DNA from: Tubulanus polymorphus
Taxonomy: Eukaryota > Animalia > Nemertea
Direction: 5' to 3'
Length of the DNA stretch: 64,000 nt
NCBI RefSeq assembly: GCF_964204645.1
Contig: NC_134026.1
Coordinates: 17,208,150-17,272,149 of the forward strand
Part shown: positions 23,701 to 36,642 of the stretch, in pieces
How positions within the stretch are numbered: position 1 is the first letter of the stretch
How the letters are laid out: each line of letters begins with the position of its first letter
The notes under the pieces: generated by a model
Databases searched by the model: none
Told to the model about the DNA's origin: nothing
The model's input: only the letters and a program-made list of their open reading frames with translations
Program-made: the position numbers and the translations under genes

Positions 23701-26700
23701 AAGCTAATCATGATTTACAGTTCGTTTTGGACCCATATGCAACTGCAATGTATATCGTCTCGTACATAAATAAATCCCAAAAAGGTATGAGTCCACTCAT
23801 GGAACGAGCTTGTAAAGAAGCCAAAGAAGGAAATATGGATATCCGTCAAAAAGTAAGACATATAGGCAATAAATTCTTAAATAGTGTTGAAGTTTGTGCT
23901 CAAGAGGCTGCCTATTTAACCCTTGGTTTACCACTGACTAAGTCAACCCGTGCTGTTGTCTTCATAAATACGTCACCTGCAGATGAGCGCACATATTTGT
24001 TGAAATCTATGGAAGATCTAGAACATTTAGATCCATCATCTTCAGATATAAGCTATAGTAATATCATGACAGATACAGTAAGCGCCCAAAAGCACTTGAA
24101 AACTGGTGCCTTGCAGATTACGCTTCACAACTTAACATCACCTATCCTAAAAAAAACAGACCACAGCCAATGACTATGAATCAAATTTATACGAGGATGA
24201 AGAGCAAGAATATATGGGCAATGAAGAGGATTTCAATGAAACTGAAAATGATCTGACCGAACGTCTCAAAAAAAAGTGTGCAAATGGCATGACAATTGTA
24301 CAACGAAAACCTGGTAATTACAGAGTAATAAGATATGTTAATTATAATTTAAAAACTAATAAAGAAGAATTTTACAGGGAAAAATTAATGTTGTATATTC
24401 CATGGCACAATGAAGATGTTGATATTATCCAAAAACAGTCCTTCCCATGAAGACCAGTTTAACCAAGTAAAAAGTATCATAGCAAATAAGCTAAAACAAT
24501 ATGCTCGGTTTTCCGATATAACCAATGAAGAAATGTAACATTCTGATAATTTAAACATGGAGGTTTATGATGAATTGGCACCAAACTGTCAACAGGATAA
24601 TGCAGAAACTGAATGTGATACATCAACTGTTCAAACAGAATACTTGTATTTTGATCCTGATCGTCCTTTAAATCAAATGGATCATGATATTGCTCATGAC
24701 TTATCACTTAACACTAGTAGATATACAAACACTGTCATTGAACAGCAAGCTGTGTGTTCTAAAGAGATTTTGCTACAAAAACTTAGGCTTTTAAATATTA
24801 AACAAAGGGAATTCTTTACTCATGTGCTCCATTCTATAAAGATCAATAATGAACCTACTTATGCTCTCCTTACAGGTGGTGCTGGTGTTGGTAAATCTGT
24901 AGTTATCCATGCCTTATATCAGTCCTTACAACGATATCTATGCTCTTCTACTGGTCAGGACTTCACTAACATGAGGATTCTGTTGTGTGCCCCTATAGGT
25001 AATGCTGCGTTTAATATAAAAGGAGTCACATTACACAAAGCTTTTGCTTTACCCGTCAGTCAGGGTAAAATCAAAGATCTGTCTCCAGATGTCCTTAATA
25101 CATATGCTATGAAGTATAAAGATCTATCAGTAATAATAATTGATGAAATTTCAATGGTCGGTAACAAAATTTTCAATAATATTAATAGGCGGTTACAACA
25201 AATCAAAGGAAACAAATCTGATTTCGGTGGTGTTTCATTAATTGTTGTTGGTGATTTATTTCAGTTACAACCTGTTTTTGATGACTGGATATTTAATGAT
25301 CTTAAAGATATGTATGGACCTCTCGCTACAAACTTATGGCAGAAACATTTCTTCATGTATGAACTTACAGACATCATGCGTCAGAAAGATGACCAAGAAT
25401 TTGCTTTCCTACTCAATAGAATAAGAGAAGGTGAACATACACAGGCCGATGTAAATCTCATCAAAACTCGAATTATCGAGCCAACTCAATGGTCAAAATC
25501 TCGTGAATTGCCCCACCTTTGTGCTCTTAATAGAGATGTTGCTTGTCACAATTCACAGACTTTTGAAATGGCCACTGGCCAAAAGGTAATAATTCATGCG
25601 ATTGATGCAGTCCAAGGAAATATTAACTCAGATACTAAGGCCCGTATCTTAAAAAAACTATCCTCGCCCTCTGAGAATAACAACAACAAAACTGCTGGAT
25701 TGCACACTGAAGTTAAATTAGCAGTTGGTTTGCTGTACTCTATTACCGTGAATCTAGCTGTTGAAGATGGCCTTACTAATGGTGTCACCTGTACCCTAAA
25801 ACATATTGATTATCATATGCAAAACAGCAATCGTTCAAGTATTCTCTGGGTTCTTTTTTATGATCAACAAATTGGCATAATGCAACGAACTAAATACAGT
25901 ATGTTTAAGTCTAATGTGGCAGAAAATACTTGGACTCCAATTTTTGATACTAAACGTTCCTTCCAGTTTTCATACAGTCAATCTACAGGTGGATTATCAG
26001 TAATTAGAATACAATTTCCCCTTGCACAAGCTGCTGCAAGGTCAGTTCATAAAGCCCAGGGAAGTACTCTATCTGAAGTCTGTTTGGATTTAAATTCAAG
26101 AAGAAAATGGACCCATTTACATTATGTTGCTCTTAGTCGCGTCACTAAATTATCTGGACTCCATCTCAAAGATTTTGATGAATCTAAAATTGCTGTGTCT
26201 TCAGATACCATTTTGCAGATGGAAACTTTGAGAAGAGAAAAGTTGATTAAATTAACTTACACTCCAGTTTACAAATTACCAGTCTTTAAGTTAATTTTCC
26301 ATAATGCGCTGTGAATGCATTTACATTATAAAAAGACATTATCAAGGATCAAAATTTCCAAGCAGCCCACATCATTGGTTTTGCCGAATCAAGACTTCAA
26401 TCCAACCAAATTTATGAAATAGAAAATCATTTATTTCATCAAAATAAAAGCTGTAATGCTTATCATGGTATTACTACATATATTCACCGTGATATCCCTT
26501 TCTCAATACAATCTGTATATAATACACCTGAGTTAGAATATACATTTTTTATTGCCACCTTTAATTCTATCACTTATCAGTTAGTTTTCCTGTATAAATC
26601 ACCAAAAACTCAAACTTCTGTATTGAAACAGCTTATTATGGCTGATGGTGGACTAGCTACAATGTTACAAATTAACTTACCTTTTATCATCCTTGGTGAT

Positions 26701-26913
26701 TTCAATGAAAATGTTCTTAATGATGAGAAACCCATAACTAAGTTCTTGACCTCAATATTTTACTGTACCCAACATGTGAAACAGCCTACTACCGATTATA
26801 ATACTGCCATAGATTTAATTTTTTCAAATATAATAGATTTAAATACTGATTTTCTAGAGTGCCCTTGGTCTGACCACAAAGCACTTATTGCCCATGTCCC
26901 AGTAGACAATTAA
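20667..26913 (+). pseudogene. Helentron Rep-helicase-endonuclease polyprotein (Zn finger, HUH Rep, PIF1 helicase, AP-like endonuclease)
   Basis: GPIYVCSSC/WICLTC; LPTWFISLSAAD, EMQQRGSAHIHMIVW, YIVSYINK; TGGAGVGKS, IIIDEISMV, GDLFQLQPV, VHKAQGSTL, YVALSRV; GFAESRL, ILGDFN, IDLIF, WSDH; stops at ~21363, 22008 and 26312; frameshifts at ~24070 and 24450-24550. Confidence 0.93.
21050..21460 (+). repeat. 63-bp coding tandem repeat (21 aa, two alternating unit types)
   Basis: RAIPEKRQVERKRELIGKQ / RAIPERYKAERILVNKYRQEQ repeats. Confidence 0.9.
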
Positions 26914-27217
26914 GCTAATTAAATAGACAGGTAATCAATCAGATCACCTTACCAACCAAAATTTCTCCAAAGACAAATTGACCCATTTCCTTGGACCCAG
27001 CTTTAATCATCTAGTGTGCATGCAAATTGAGGATTCGAGGTGTGTGATGTTTGAATGCAATCAGGGAAGTGTAATGACTAGGGATAAATACATGTATTCT
27101 GATTTCCAGGATCTGAAGATACAGACACTGGGGATTATAGGCTGGTGAACTATTGTGCTAGTTGCCACATTGTTATATTGTACACAGATTTTTTTGCTCA
27201 GCTGATGACATGTTTAA

Positions 27218-27384
27218 CAGGTCATTCATTTATTACGTACGCATTAGGGGAGGGGTAAGTGCAATTGCGTACTGTAATGCTTATTTTATATGAAACAAAT
27301 GGCCGATTTTGCGTACAGGTGGGGGGGGGGGGTAGGGGGTTTGAAAATTCAAATTTGATGCGTACGTAATAAATGAATGATCCC
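27218..27384. mobile_element. PIF/Harbinger-like MITE within the Helentron 3' region
   Basis: TIR TCATTCATTTATTACGTACGCAT on both ends; TAA flanks. Confidence 0.7.
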
Positions 27385-30229
27385 TAAGTGGTACTAAGTA
27401 GTTTAATTATGGTTTTTAGGGTAATTGAATGAATAATTAAGTTATTTGGTTGGCTTGGTAGTAATGTGGTTAACATGGGTATACGGAAGAAATGCCACCA
27501 GCAGAAATGCCACCGGAAAAAATGCCACAAAATTTCGAAACATAGGAAAAAATGCCACTTTTTGTATAGCAGGAAAAAATAGAGATATTTACATACATAG
27601 ATTTAAGTTGACTGCATTAATTATCAGTCATTTATCACTGATCTCTTTCTATTGAATTTCAAACTAACTATTGTATCTGGCTGTATTTCAGTACCCCTAA
27701 GTTTCCCGCTTTAAAGTTTCTTTAGTTTGTGTCTGATTTTATGTTGTAAATTAACCCTACCTTGTACTATTTTACCTTAGTGCCCCCTAGTCTACTATGC
27801 TTGAAATTTTTTTAGTTTATAACTGCCTTTATATTGCCCCCCTGTTTATATCATTATAAAATATGCAAAATACTATGTACATCACTTGTTAAACAAAATA
27901 TTGTTAGACTATTCTTAGTTAAAATCAAATTCATAATCAATATCAGTATTTAGTATTTAGTATTTAGTACTAGCTGCACCATTTGACTTCCTACAATCTT
28001 ATGTTAAATGTGTAATTTTAGTGTGCTTCACACCATGTAATTATTCAATATAAGATTAGTCATAAATGTTGAAAACATAGAATAAGCTAGGGCCACTCCA
28101 CTTAACATTCCCCATCTAGCCAGTGACCATCTTTCAGTATTATAACATTTTATGGTGATTTACTTGCTTTGAGTTTCACTCATTCGCTTTCTTTTTTCAG
28201 CTCAGGCTTCTATGTAAACTCCCTGTTCTCTAATATATGTACCTACTGTTGTAATACATTAATGTAAATGTATAAGTATTATAAAGAATGTATCAAACCA
28301 GACATTGCATTTTATTGTGTCACATAATTTCTGTCTGATTCATAAAAAGGAAATATTACCAACTGGCCATATTGGGGCTTCATTAGAATTATATTCTGTC
28401 CATTTTTGTTAACAAAAATAGATTTTTTGATTATTTACAATATTTTTTAAACAGTTTAAAATCAAATAAAACACAAAAGCAATCAATACAGTTCCTCATA
28501 GTTGTTCATTATTTTCTTCTTGATGTGCGGTATGTAAATTTAAGAAAGTCCATGTTAAGAATTTGATTTCTTGTTGTATATGGTCACCAGGGGGCATTGA
28601 ATTGCAGAATAACTAAGTATTTCCATATTATGTTGGTACCTAGGCATATGTGGTGAGTTTCAAGGTCATTGGTTTCAGTATATGTTCACCAGGGGCATTG
28701 AATATTGAAATTGACAGATTGTTGAGCATTTCAAAGCACTTCCCAAGTGGGCATGGTGTCCCTGGACCCCTAGTTCAGGGAGGGCCTGGGGTAGAAACTT
28801 CTATTTCTTCAAATAGCAAATACTCTTACAGTTCTAGTCAGACCGATTCAAAATTAATTGTGAATGCTTTATGGGCCAGGAACAGCCAAGTTTTATAGAT
28901 TTGGGAGAAGTTCTTTATCAATAGTAGGGTTTTTTCTTACAGAAAAATCAACTCCACAGAAAACTTAGGGTCAGGGCAACGGCAAAAGGGTCAACATGAA
29001 AATATCATAAGAGGAGGATAGCTATCGACTATTACAGGAGATTTAAGATGTGAAGTCTGTCAAATCCCTCCTGGAAACCATATGCTACCTAAATGCATGT
29101 ACACCCCCAAAAGTACCGTCTTGAGGAGAGTCTCCTGTATTTTATATCTTCATTCATCATCACAACGGAATGAAATTACCCGACAGGCTGCTTGTTTTGT
29201 TGTACTATTATCCAGATACATGTCTGTCAAATCTAGAAAATCATATCCTTTCAAGCATTAGTGCATCCTATTTCTCCATTACAGAGTTGTAGGTTCACTA
29301 CTCAAGAGGAAGTAATGGCCTCATGCAATGACATGATAATACAATGATATACTAAACATTTCATATATTTACAGCGTTAACCAGTCCAACAACATTAATG
29401 ACAGATCCTCCGTAACCATCAACAGAGACTTTATTACCTGAACCTACATCATGGACAAAACCATCATCATCTTCATCTGTTAGTTAGTCAACATCTAGTA
29501 AAGTGTTGAATTTTAGATTGACAAATAAGGTCCTATATAAATGTTTTACTGTATAAATGTTAATAATTTTCAAAAACTGTATAAATGTTAAAAATTTTCA
29601 AATTACGCAATCGACTTGTCAGCTTGACAGGTTGCCTGTACCATTGTGCACCACCTGCAATCGCTGAAATAATGTACATAGAACTATTTAAAGGGACGAT
29701 TCAAATCAATTATCAACGTGCTTCCGATTATCTTTCTTGTCCTTGCTAACTTTCCGTTGAAGACGGCTAGTATTGTAAGAACTTTAAAAAAATCAATATT
29801 ATCAGTGGCCGTGACACAAATCTATTGCGTGCGATCAGGACGTGGAGCCATCCTTTCTAGACGCGACGGTTATAAACATCAGAATTTATCAGGTCGATTA
29901 GAATACGTAGGTTTACGTAGCTACGTAAATTTACGCTCTGTACGTAGACTAACGTATTTAGCAAAACGACTGTTTGCAAGTTTTCACCGAGTAAAACGCC
30001 GACAGATTTTGTTCAGATCCTAACTCCAATTGCATGTAAAGGTATTCCAGGGTGTTAAGAATTGAGGAGAATAATATGAAGACAATCATTCTTTAAATGT
30101 CTTTGGGCCTGCAACCAGCTTTTGGGATCGTTAAATCGCCAAATTGCTAGGGTAACAGCACTTGCTGGCTTTACATTTTTTTGCAGGGAACCGTGGTTCT
30201 AATGTTCAGATTGTTTTTTTTTTTTAATT

Positions 30230-31005
30230 TTGATGACATGTCCTATGTAAACTTAAATCAAATCCTCTTCCTCGTATGCAAGCTTATTTCAATAGAAGTT
30301 TTTCGGATATAATCAAACGCTTCCCCTCCGCTAGAGAAACCTTGAATAAGTTCCACTCACGTCTTCCCTCTTTACCCTTTATTTATGGACTGCCTAAAAT
30401 TCATAAAGAGAATTTTCCACTGCGCCCCAGTCTCCAATTGTAATTCTCCTACAAACCGGTTATCTAAATTTCTCGCGAAACAGTTATCTTCTGTGCTCGG
30501 TTCGTTCTCTTCTTCGCACCTTCGTCATAATCAACATTTACATGAAGGTATCAAGAATATTATCCCCGGTAATGACAAATTTATATCGTTTGATGTTTCT
30601 TCCCCTTTCACCCATGTTCCTCTTAGACCTACTCTAGATTTCTTAAAACGCAGATTATCATCGCTTAATATTAACTTCGGCATACGATGGACTCTTTTTT
30701 GAATTTAATAATTGTCATTATAATTCGAACAGACATTCGGTATCGCTATGGGAAATCCTCTTAGTCCTATTCTCCCTAATTTATTCCTAAAACATGTTGA
30801 ATCTGAAATATTGCCTCTTTTTACTGATATCCACCCTAAAATCTGGCTCAGATATGAAGACTATGTTCTGGCTTTAGTTCCCTTTGACTTCAATGTTGAT
30901 ATCTTTCTCGTGTATTCAAACTCCTTTTACCCGTCCCTGGCCTTTACGTATGAATGGGAATCCAATAGTAAAATACCTTTCTGGATGTTTTTATCTTTTA
31001 CTGTG
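30230..31005 (+). mobile_element. Penelope-like element, 5' part of RT (interrupted by the Polinton-like element)
   Basis: LPFIYGLPKIHKE, FISFDVSSPFTHVP, MGNPLSPIL, WLRYEDY, KIPFLDV (frameshifted). Confidence 0.88.
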
Positions 31006-31233
31006 AGTAAAAGGATAATAGGGGTTCAAGCCAAAGGTCGAAGGGTCGAGCTAATAAAAAATGAAAAAAAATTCTCGCACGCTCGAACAATTTTTCATTT
31101 TTTACTCACTCGCCCCTTCAATCTTTAACCTGAACCCCTATTATCCCTATTACTCTTAAAATATTCATATATATGAATAACATATAAATGAATACTTCTA
31201 AAATCAATTTAGTAACAAATATTTGATATTAAA

Positions 31234-31901
31234 ATGGAGCCAGAACGATATCAAACTATCAATATTACAAATAACACTGGTGTTATAAATATATACTACA
31301 AGAAATGTTCTAAATGTGAATTAGATAAATTAGCTATAACAGAATTTAGTAAGCGTAAGATTAGCAAAGATGGTTTTCAATATTGCTGCAAAACTTGTAT
31401 TAAGCTATATACTATGCAATATCGAGCAGATAATAGAGAAGCTTATAATGATTATATGACAGAATATATGATATAAGATATAAAACAGATCTTAATTTTA
31501 AAATGAAACAATGTTTAAGGTCTAGATTAACACAGTTATTCAACAAAGAAACGCATTCAGAAATACTATCTAATTTATTGGATTGTTCAGATGAATTTCT
31601 CAAATCATGGATTATATATCAATTCGATGATAAAATGAATATTAAAAATTATGGTGATTATTTTCATATTGATCACGTTTTACCAATATCTAAATTTAAC
31701 ATGAGTGGTGAATACAATAAAAAAGTAATTTGGAATTGGAAGAATTTAAGACCTCTTGAAAAGAAAGAAAATATAATTAAATCTAATAAACTAGATTTAC
31801 AGTTATATTTGGATCAACTGGATAAAGCAAAGAAATTTAATGATCAATGGAACAATGATCCAAATAATGAACAATATGTTGAATCTTTATTGAGTGGTTA
31901 A
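31234..31901 (+). pseudogene. Zn-ribbon + HNH endonuclease (one frameshift at ~31475)
   Basis: CSKC..F.K...KDG..CKTC; NYGDYFHIDHVLPISKF..NWKNLRPLEKKENIIKSNK. Confidence 0.75.
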
Positions 31902-32144
31902 AGATTGATATATCTCAAATAAAATATAATAAAAATTACATAACTTCAACTAGCCATTATTTCTATTTTATTTTTTTCAAAAATCTATTATTTCTTTTCA
32001 AAAAGGAAATACTTTATATTTTGATAAGATTCGAATAGAAACTCTTTATTTCAACTAACCTAGTCAATTTAGTATCAATAACTTAACTAACTAGTATCAT
32101 TTTATAACACTTATAATATTTTTGTCGCTTTTTCTCTAATATAA

Positions 32145-33502
32145 ATGTCAAAGAAATCGAGTAAGAATAATACCGATATTGAAAAAACTTTAAATGATTT
32201 GGGCATTAGTGATTATAAAGATACAGTTTTTCCTAATTGTATTCAAGTTAATAATAATATTGATTATGAATACTATTTGATGTGTAAGCATCATCTTGAG
32301 TTACTAATTGCCGGAGGGAAATCTAAGGATTTCTTGGGGAAAATTTTAACTTTTCCAGAACTAGACTCTATGAAACCAGATAAAGTAATGAAATATTTTA
32401 AGATTTATGAAGAGTCAAGATTAGCTAAAATAAATGATTCTCTTTCTGATGGTATTATAAAATGTTATTCTAAATTATGTAACCGGATAATACCAATTGA
32501 TGATGAAAATGGATTATATAGTGATTTAAAAAATGACTACTTAGTTATGCCAGAATTACAAAAATGGGTTGGATACGCTTCATTTCAACGGTGTTGTCAT
32601 ATCACGGAATCGCGGAATTTTCCAAAAACACGAGATTTCTTCATTTTTACTACGGATAGTAACCGTGTTTTTCCACGGGATACCCCTTGTTGGACAATGC
32701 ACTGGAAGCATGTTTTCACTACCGGTACCTGGTAGGCCTAAGCGATAATCTATTACTATCGTCACTCGATAAACAACGATACTATCAAACGAAAAAATTG
32801 GCAATTGAAACACATTATGCATTTTCTTATTATATATAAAATGGTATCTTTTTTTACTCCGTTATTTGTGAAGAGAAAGCTGTTACATAGTTGCTTCTCC
32901 GTGTTGATTCCTTGGGACTGAAAACGTATTATCGGTACTAGACGGCGGCTTCTGTCAAACTAATTTGTTAGGAACCGCAGTACATGTTAAGTCGTAGCAC
33001 ATTTCACATTTGCAGCCATCTAAAACTACATGCCCAACCTAGAGCGACCGTGCTCAAATCTACTAAGATCGCAAAAGGTCGATTAACTTCGATAACCGGT
33101 GCTTGCCCTGGTTCCGATCGCTTTGTCCTACTACGTTCTGACTGCAGCAGATTACTGGCAGCCAGTGAACGGTATCATAAAAGAATATCAGATAAAATGG
33201 CGATTCGACACCGGGTATCCCCGCGGGAAAAAACCCGGTTACTATTTATAATGATAGTGACGAAATTCCGTGTTTTTAAAAAATTCCGCGATTCCGCCAT
33301 TCCGCGATATGACAACACCATCATTTCAATTAGGTGGGATAATGACATTAATTTCTACTGGAGTTATTCTACTGGAGTTATTACATTTTCTAACATCAAA
33401 CCTATAGTATGTAAAGATAAAAGTAATTCAGAAGATGGTGCCATACGGCACCCACACTGTGATATTGAATCAGAACAAAAATTAACTAAAATAAATGAGT
33501 GA
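32145..33502 (+). pseudogene. Hypothetical Polinton-like virus protein interrupted by a MULE-like insertion
   Basis: Reading frame ..GYASFQ resumes as LGGIMTLISTGVI after the TSD; a 14-bp duplication at ~33355-33382 shifts the frame. Confidence 0.65.
32589..33320. mobile_element. Non-autonomous MULE-like element, copy 2
   Basis: Same TIRs as 1016-2324; 9-bp TSD TCATTTCAA at 32580-32588 and 33321-33329. Confidence 0.88.
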
Positions 33503-33731
33503 TAATATTAAGAAAAAGACTAGATCCGAGAAACAAATTAAATGGGCTAGGGAATTACGTAAAAGATCTGCAGAATTAAAAAAAGCTAAGAAAAAGAAAT
33601 TAACTGATATAAATGAATCGCCTGATATTAATTCAAATAACAATCCATCTGATTCTTCTAATAGTGGAAGAAATAATTACTTATATATTACAATTATTAT
33701 ATTCTCCGGTGTAATATTATTAATGGATTAA
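33495..33731 (+). CDS. Small basic protein with a C-terminal hydrophobic helix (Polinton-like)
   Basis: Lys/Arg-rich N-terminus; YLYITIIIFSGVILL; overlaps the neighbouring ORFs. Confidence 0.5.
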   Translation: MSDNIKKKTRSEKQIKWARELRKRSAELKKAKKKKLTDINESPDINSNNNPSDSSNSGRNNYLYITIIIFSGVILLMD

Positions 33732-34822
33732 CATATGATGAAAAAGAACAATATTTAAGAGATTTATATTATAACCCAGAGAGTGAAGTATCATATTCTA
33801 GTATTTCAGAATTATGGGATAAAATTAAATCTGATAATGAAAATATAAAATATAGTGAATTAAAATTATGGTTACAAATTCAACCAACATATCAAATCCA
33901 TAAGAAAATGGATAAAAATTATTTAACAAGAAAAGTTATGGTTTCATACACTGATCAACAATGGCAAGCTGATTTAATTGACATGAAGAACTTAGAGGAA
34001 TACAACAAAGGATATTTCTGGGTATTGAATGTTATAGATATATTCAGTAGATACGCATGGTCAATTTCAATCAAAAATAAAACTGGTATAGAAGTTACAA
34101 ATGCTTTTAAATCAATATTTAAAGAAGCTATTCCAGATATGATACAATTTGATGAAGGTAAAGAATTCTATAATAAACATTTAAAAAAACTATTATCTGA
34201 TAACGATGTAGAGTATTTTTCAACACATTCAGATAAAAAAGCATCTATTATAGAAAGATTTAATAAAACATTGAAAACTAGAATGTGGAAATATTTTACT
34301 GCAAATAAAACATATACATATATCGATGTGTTAGATGATTTAGTGAAAGGTTATAATAATTCTAAACATAGTTCTATAAATATGAAACCTATACAAGCTA
34401 GAAAAGAAGATAATTCAGAAAAAGTTTGGAATAATTTATATGGTGCATTTGTTACACATGATTTCGGAGAACCAAAATTTAAAATAGGACAACATGTAAG
34501 AATATCTACATATCGAAAAACATTTTATAAAGGTTATACCCCAAATTTTACTGAAGAAATATTCAAGATTAAAAAGATAATACTAACTAAACCTTTTGTT
34601 TATGAATTAGAAGAATTAAAAAATGAAGAAATATTAGGTTATTTCTATGGACAAGAATTATCACTTGTACCAAATCCAGATGAAATAGAATACAAAATAG
34701 AAAAAGTATTGAAAACAAAAACTCTTAAAGGAAAAAAGTATTCTTTGGTGAAATATAAAGGGTATGATGATAAATTTAATGAATGGATTTTATCTAGTAA
34801 AATTAAAAGAATAAATGAATAA
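33728..34822 (+). CDS. Retroviral-like (RVE) integrase with C-terminal chromodomain
   Basis: Open frame from LRDLYYNP..WLQIQPTYQIHK; DDE triad WQADLIDM, QFDEGKEF, IERFNKTLK; chromo YKIEKVL..LVKYKGYDDKFNEWI; true start uncertain. Confidence 0.92.
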   Translation, partial: LTYDEKEQYLRDLYYNPESEVSYSSISELWDKIKSDNENIKYSELKLWLQIQPTYQIHKKMDKNYLTRKVMVSYTDQQWQADLIDMKNLEEYNKGYFWVLNVIDIFSRYAWSISIKNKTGIEVTNAFKSIFKEAIPDMIQFDEGKEFYNKHLKKLLSDNDVEYFSTHSDKKASIIERFNKTLKTRMWKYFTANKTYTYIDVLDDLVKGYNNSKHSSINMKPIQARKEDNSEKVWNNLYGAFVTHDFGEPKFKIGQHVRISTYRKTFYKGYTPNFTEEIFKIKKIILTKPFVYELEELKNEEILGYFYGQELSLVPNPDEIEYKIEKVLKTKTLKGKKYSLVKYKGYDDKFNEWILSSKIKRINE

Positions 34823-35276
34823 AGATTTATTTATATTTGAACCGCATAATATGTTAGTTACTGGAGTAACAAACTGTGGTAAAACACATTTCATATTAGA
34901 CTTGTTAGAAACTATTTATAAGAATCATTTTGATAATATAATATTATTCTGTCCTACTAATGAAATGAATTTACATGATTCAAAAGTGAGAGAAAGTGAG
35001 TTATGTTATCTAGCTTTCTCTGGGAGCCATTTTGGGATAACAACATGGGTTTTAAATCAAAAATATATTTCAGTTGTTGAAGATTTTAGGGAGAATATAA
35101 GATTTTTAGTTTTATTTTATAACAAAGATAGAAAATCTATGCAACAATCATTGGAAGAAAATCAAATTATACCTACTGAATTACATGATGAATATATGAA
35201 TAAATTAAAGAATAATAAAGGTTCAAAATTACTTCTGAGGCTTCAATTTCCATATGAATATAAGTTTATAAAATAA
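34815..35276 (+). pseudogene. A32/FtsK-like packaging ATPase with an apparent internal deletion
   Basis: Walker A GVTNCGKT, IILFCPT, LAFSGSHFGITTWVLNQKY..FRENI; Walker B segment not seen. Confidence 0.8.
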
Positions 35277-35508
35277 GGTATTTTAAGCATTTATGTATTA
35301 GATACGTATTAGGTACGTGTTAGATACCTTAATACTTAAAACCCCTTTTTTTAAAGAAATATTATTTATTTTAATTTTTCAACTAGGTTTGAAAATAATA
35401 AATGTTATTTAGATTAATACATATTAGATACATTAATACTTAAATATATATTAGATAACCCCTTTTTTATTATTTTTCTATTATTTTATACAACTTTCAA
35501 CTAATATA

Positions 35509-36518
35509 TTATGTGCGTGTTAGATAATTATCATTACTATCTGAATCACTTTCATCATACCCTAACAATTTATTCAACATATCTACCGAATCATTTTCAC
35601 AATCAGCCAAATTAAAATCGTTTTTTGATAAAACTTGAGCATTATCACGACTTGTAAATATATCTTCTATTTTCGATTTCTTAATACCGTCATCATTATA
35701 ATCAGTATATTTACCTGTAACTATATTTTCATTGTCATCTTTCTTAGTGTTTGACTCCAACATTTCATTTACAATGTTTGATCCTAATATTTTTTTGCAG
35801 CAGATAAATCTAATTTATCATTACTAGGTTCCTTAGATAAAAATTCACCTAATAAATCTTTATATAAATCTTTACCATTTACTTTTTTATTTGAAACAAA
35901 CTTTGTTACATATCTAAATGGGTGTTCTATAAATTCTTTTATAGCAACACGTTCTATTACATTAGTAATATGTGTAGCTGTATTCATATGATTATTCCAA
36001 TTTGATGGACTGTTTGAAAATTCACCTTTACAGTAACCACAATAATTTCTATTTTCACTAATATTTAATATTATTTCATTATTAGATGTAGAAAGTAAAA
36101 CGTTATTTGATGTAGAAGGTAAAACATTATTTGATGTAGGAGGTAAAACGTTATTTGATGTAGAAGGTAAAACATTATTAGATGTAGAAGGTAAAACATT
36201 ATTTGATGTAGAAGGTAAAACATTATTTGATGTAGAAGGTAAAACATTATTACATGTAGATGGTAAAACACTATTAGATGTAGAAGGTAAAACATTATTT
36301 GATGTAGAAGGTAAAACGTTATTTGATGTAGAAGGTAAAACATTATTTGATGTAGAAGGTAAAACATTATTTGATGTAGAAGGTAAAACATTATTAGATG
36401 TAGAAGGTAAAACATTATTATCAATTTCATTACTTAAATTATCAGCAACTTCACTTTTATTATTATCGATTTCTATTAGTTTAGTTTTATAATTTTTGAA
36501 AATAGGATCAAATATCAA
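35509..36518 (-). CDS. Polinton-like accessory protein with 8-aa repeats and a Zn finger (split by one stop)
   Basis: ~14 x NNVLPSTS (24-bp repeat ~36075-36420); YCGYCK..WNNHMNTATH. Confidence 0.55.
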
Positions 36519-36642
36519 GCTATATTACAAGGTATTACATAATATAAGCCATCATTACTTTCATGTTTATCAATGTATGGAATATGTTTATATACTTAAC
36601 CTGCATCCATTTATTACAAATTTCTTGATTTAAATTAAAATT

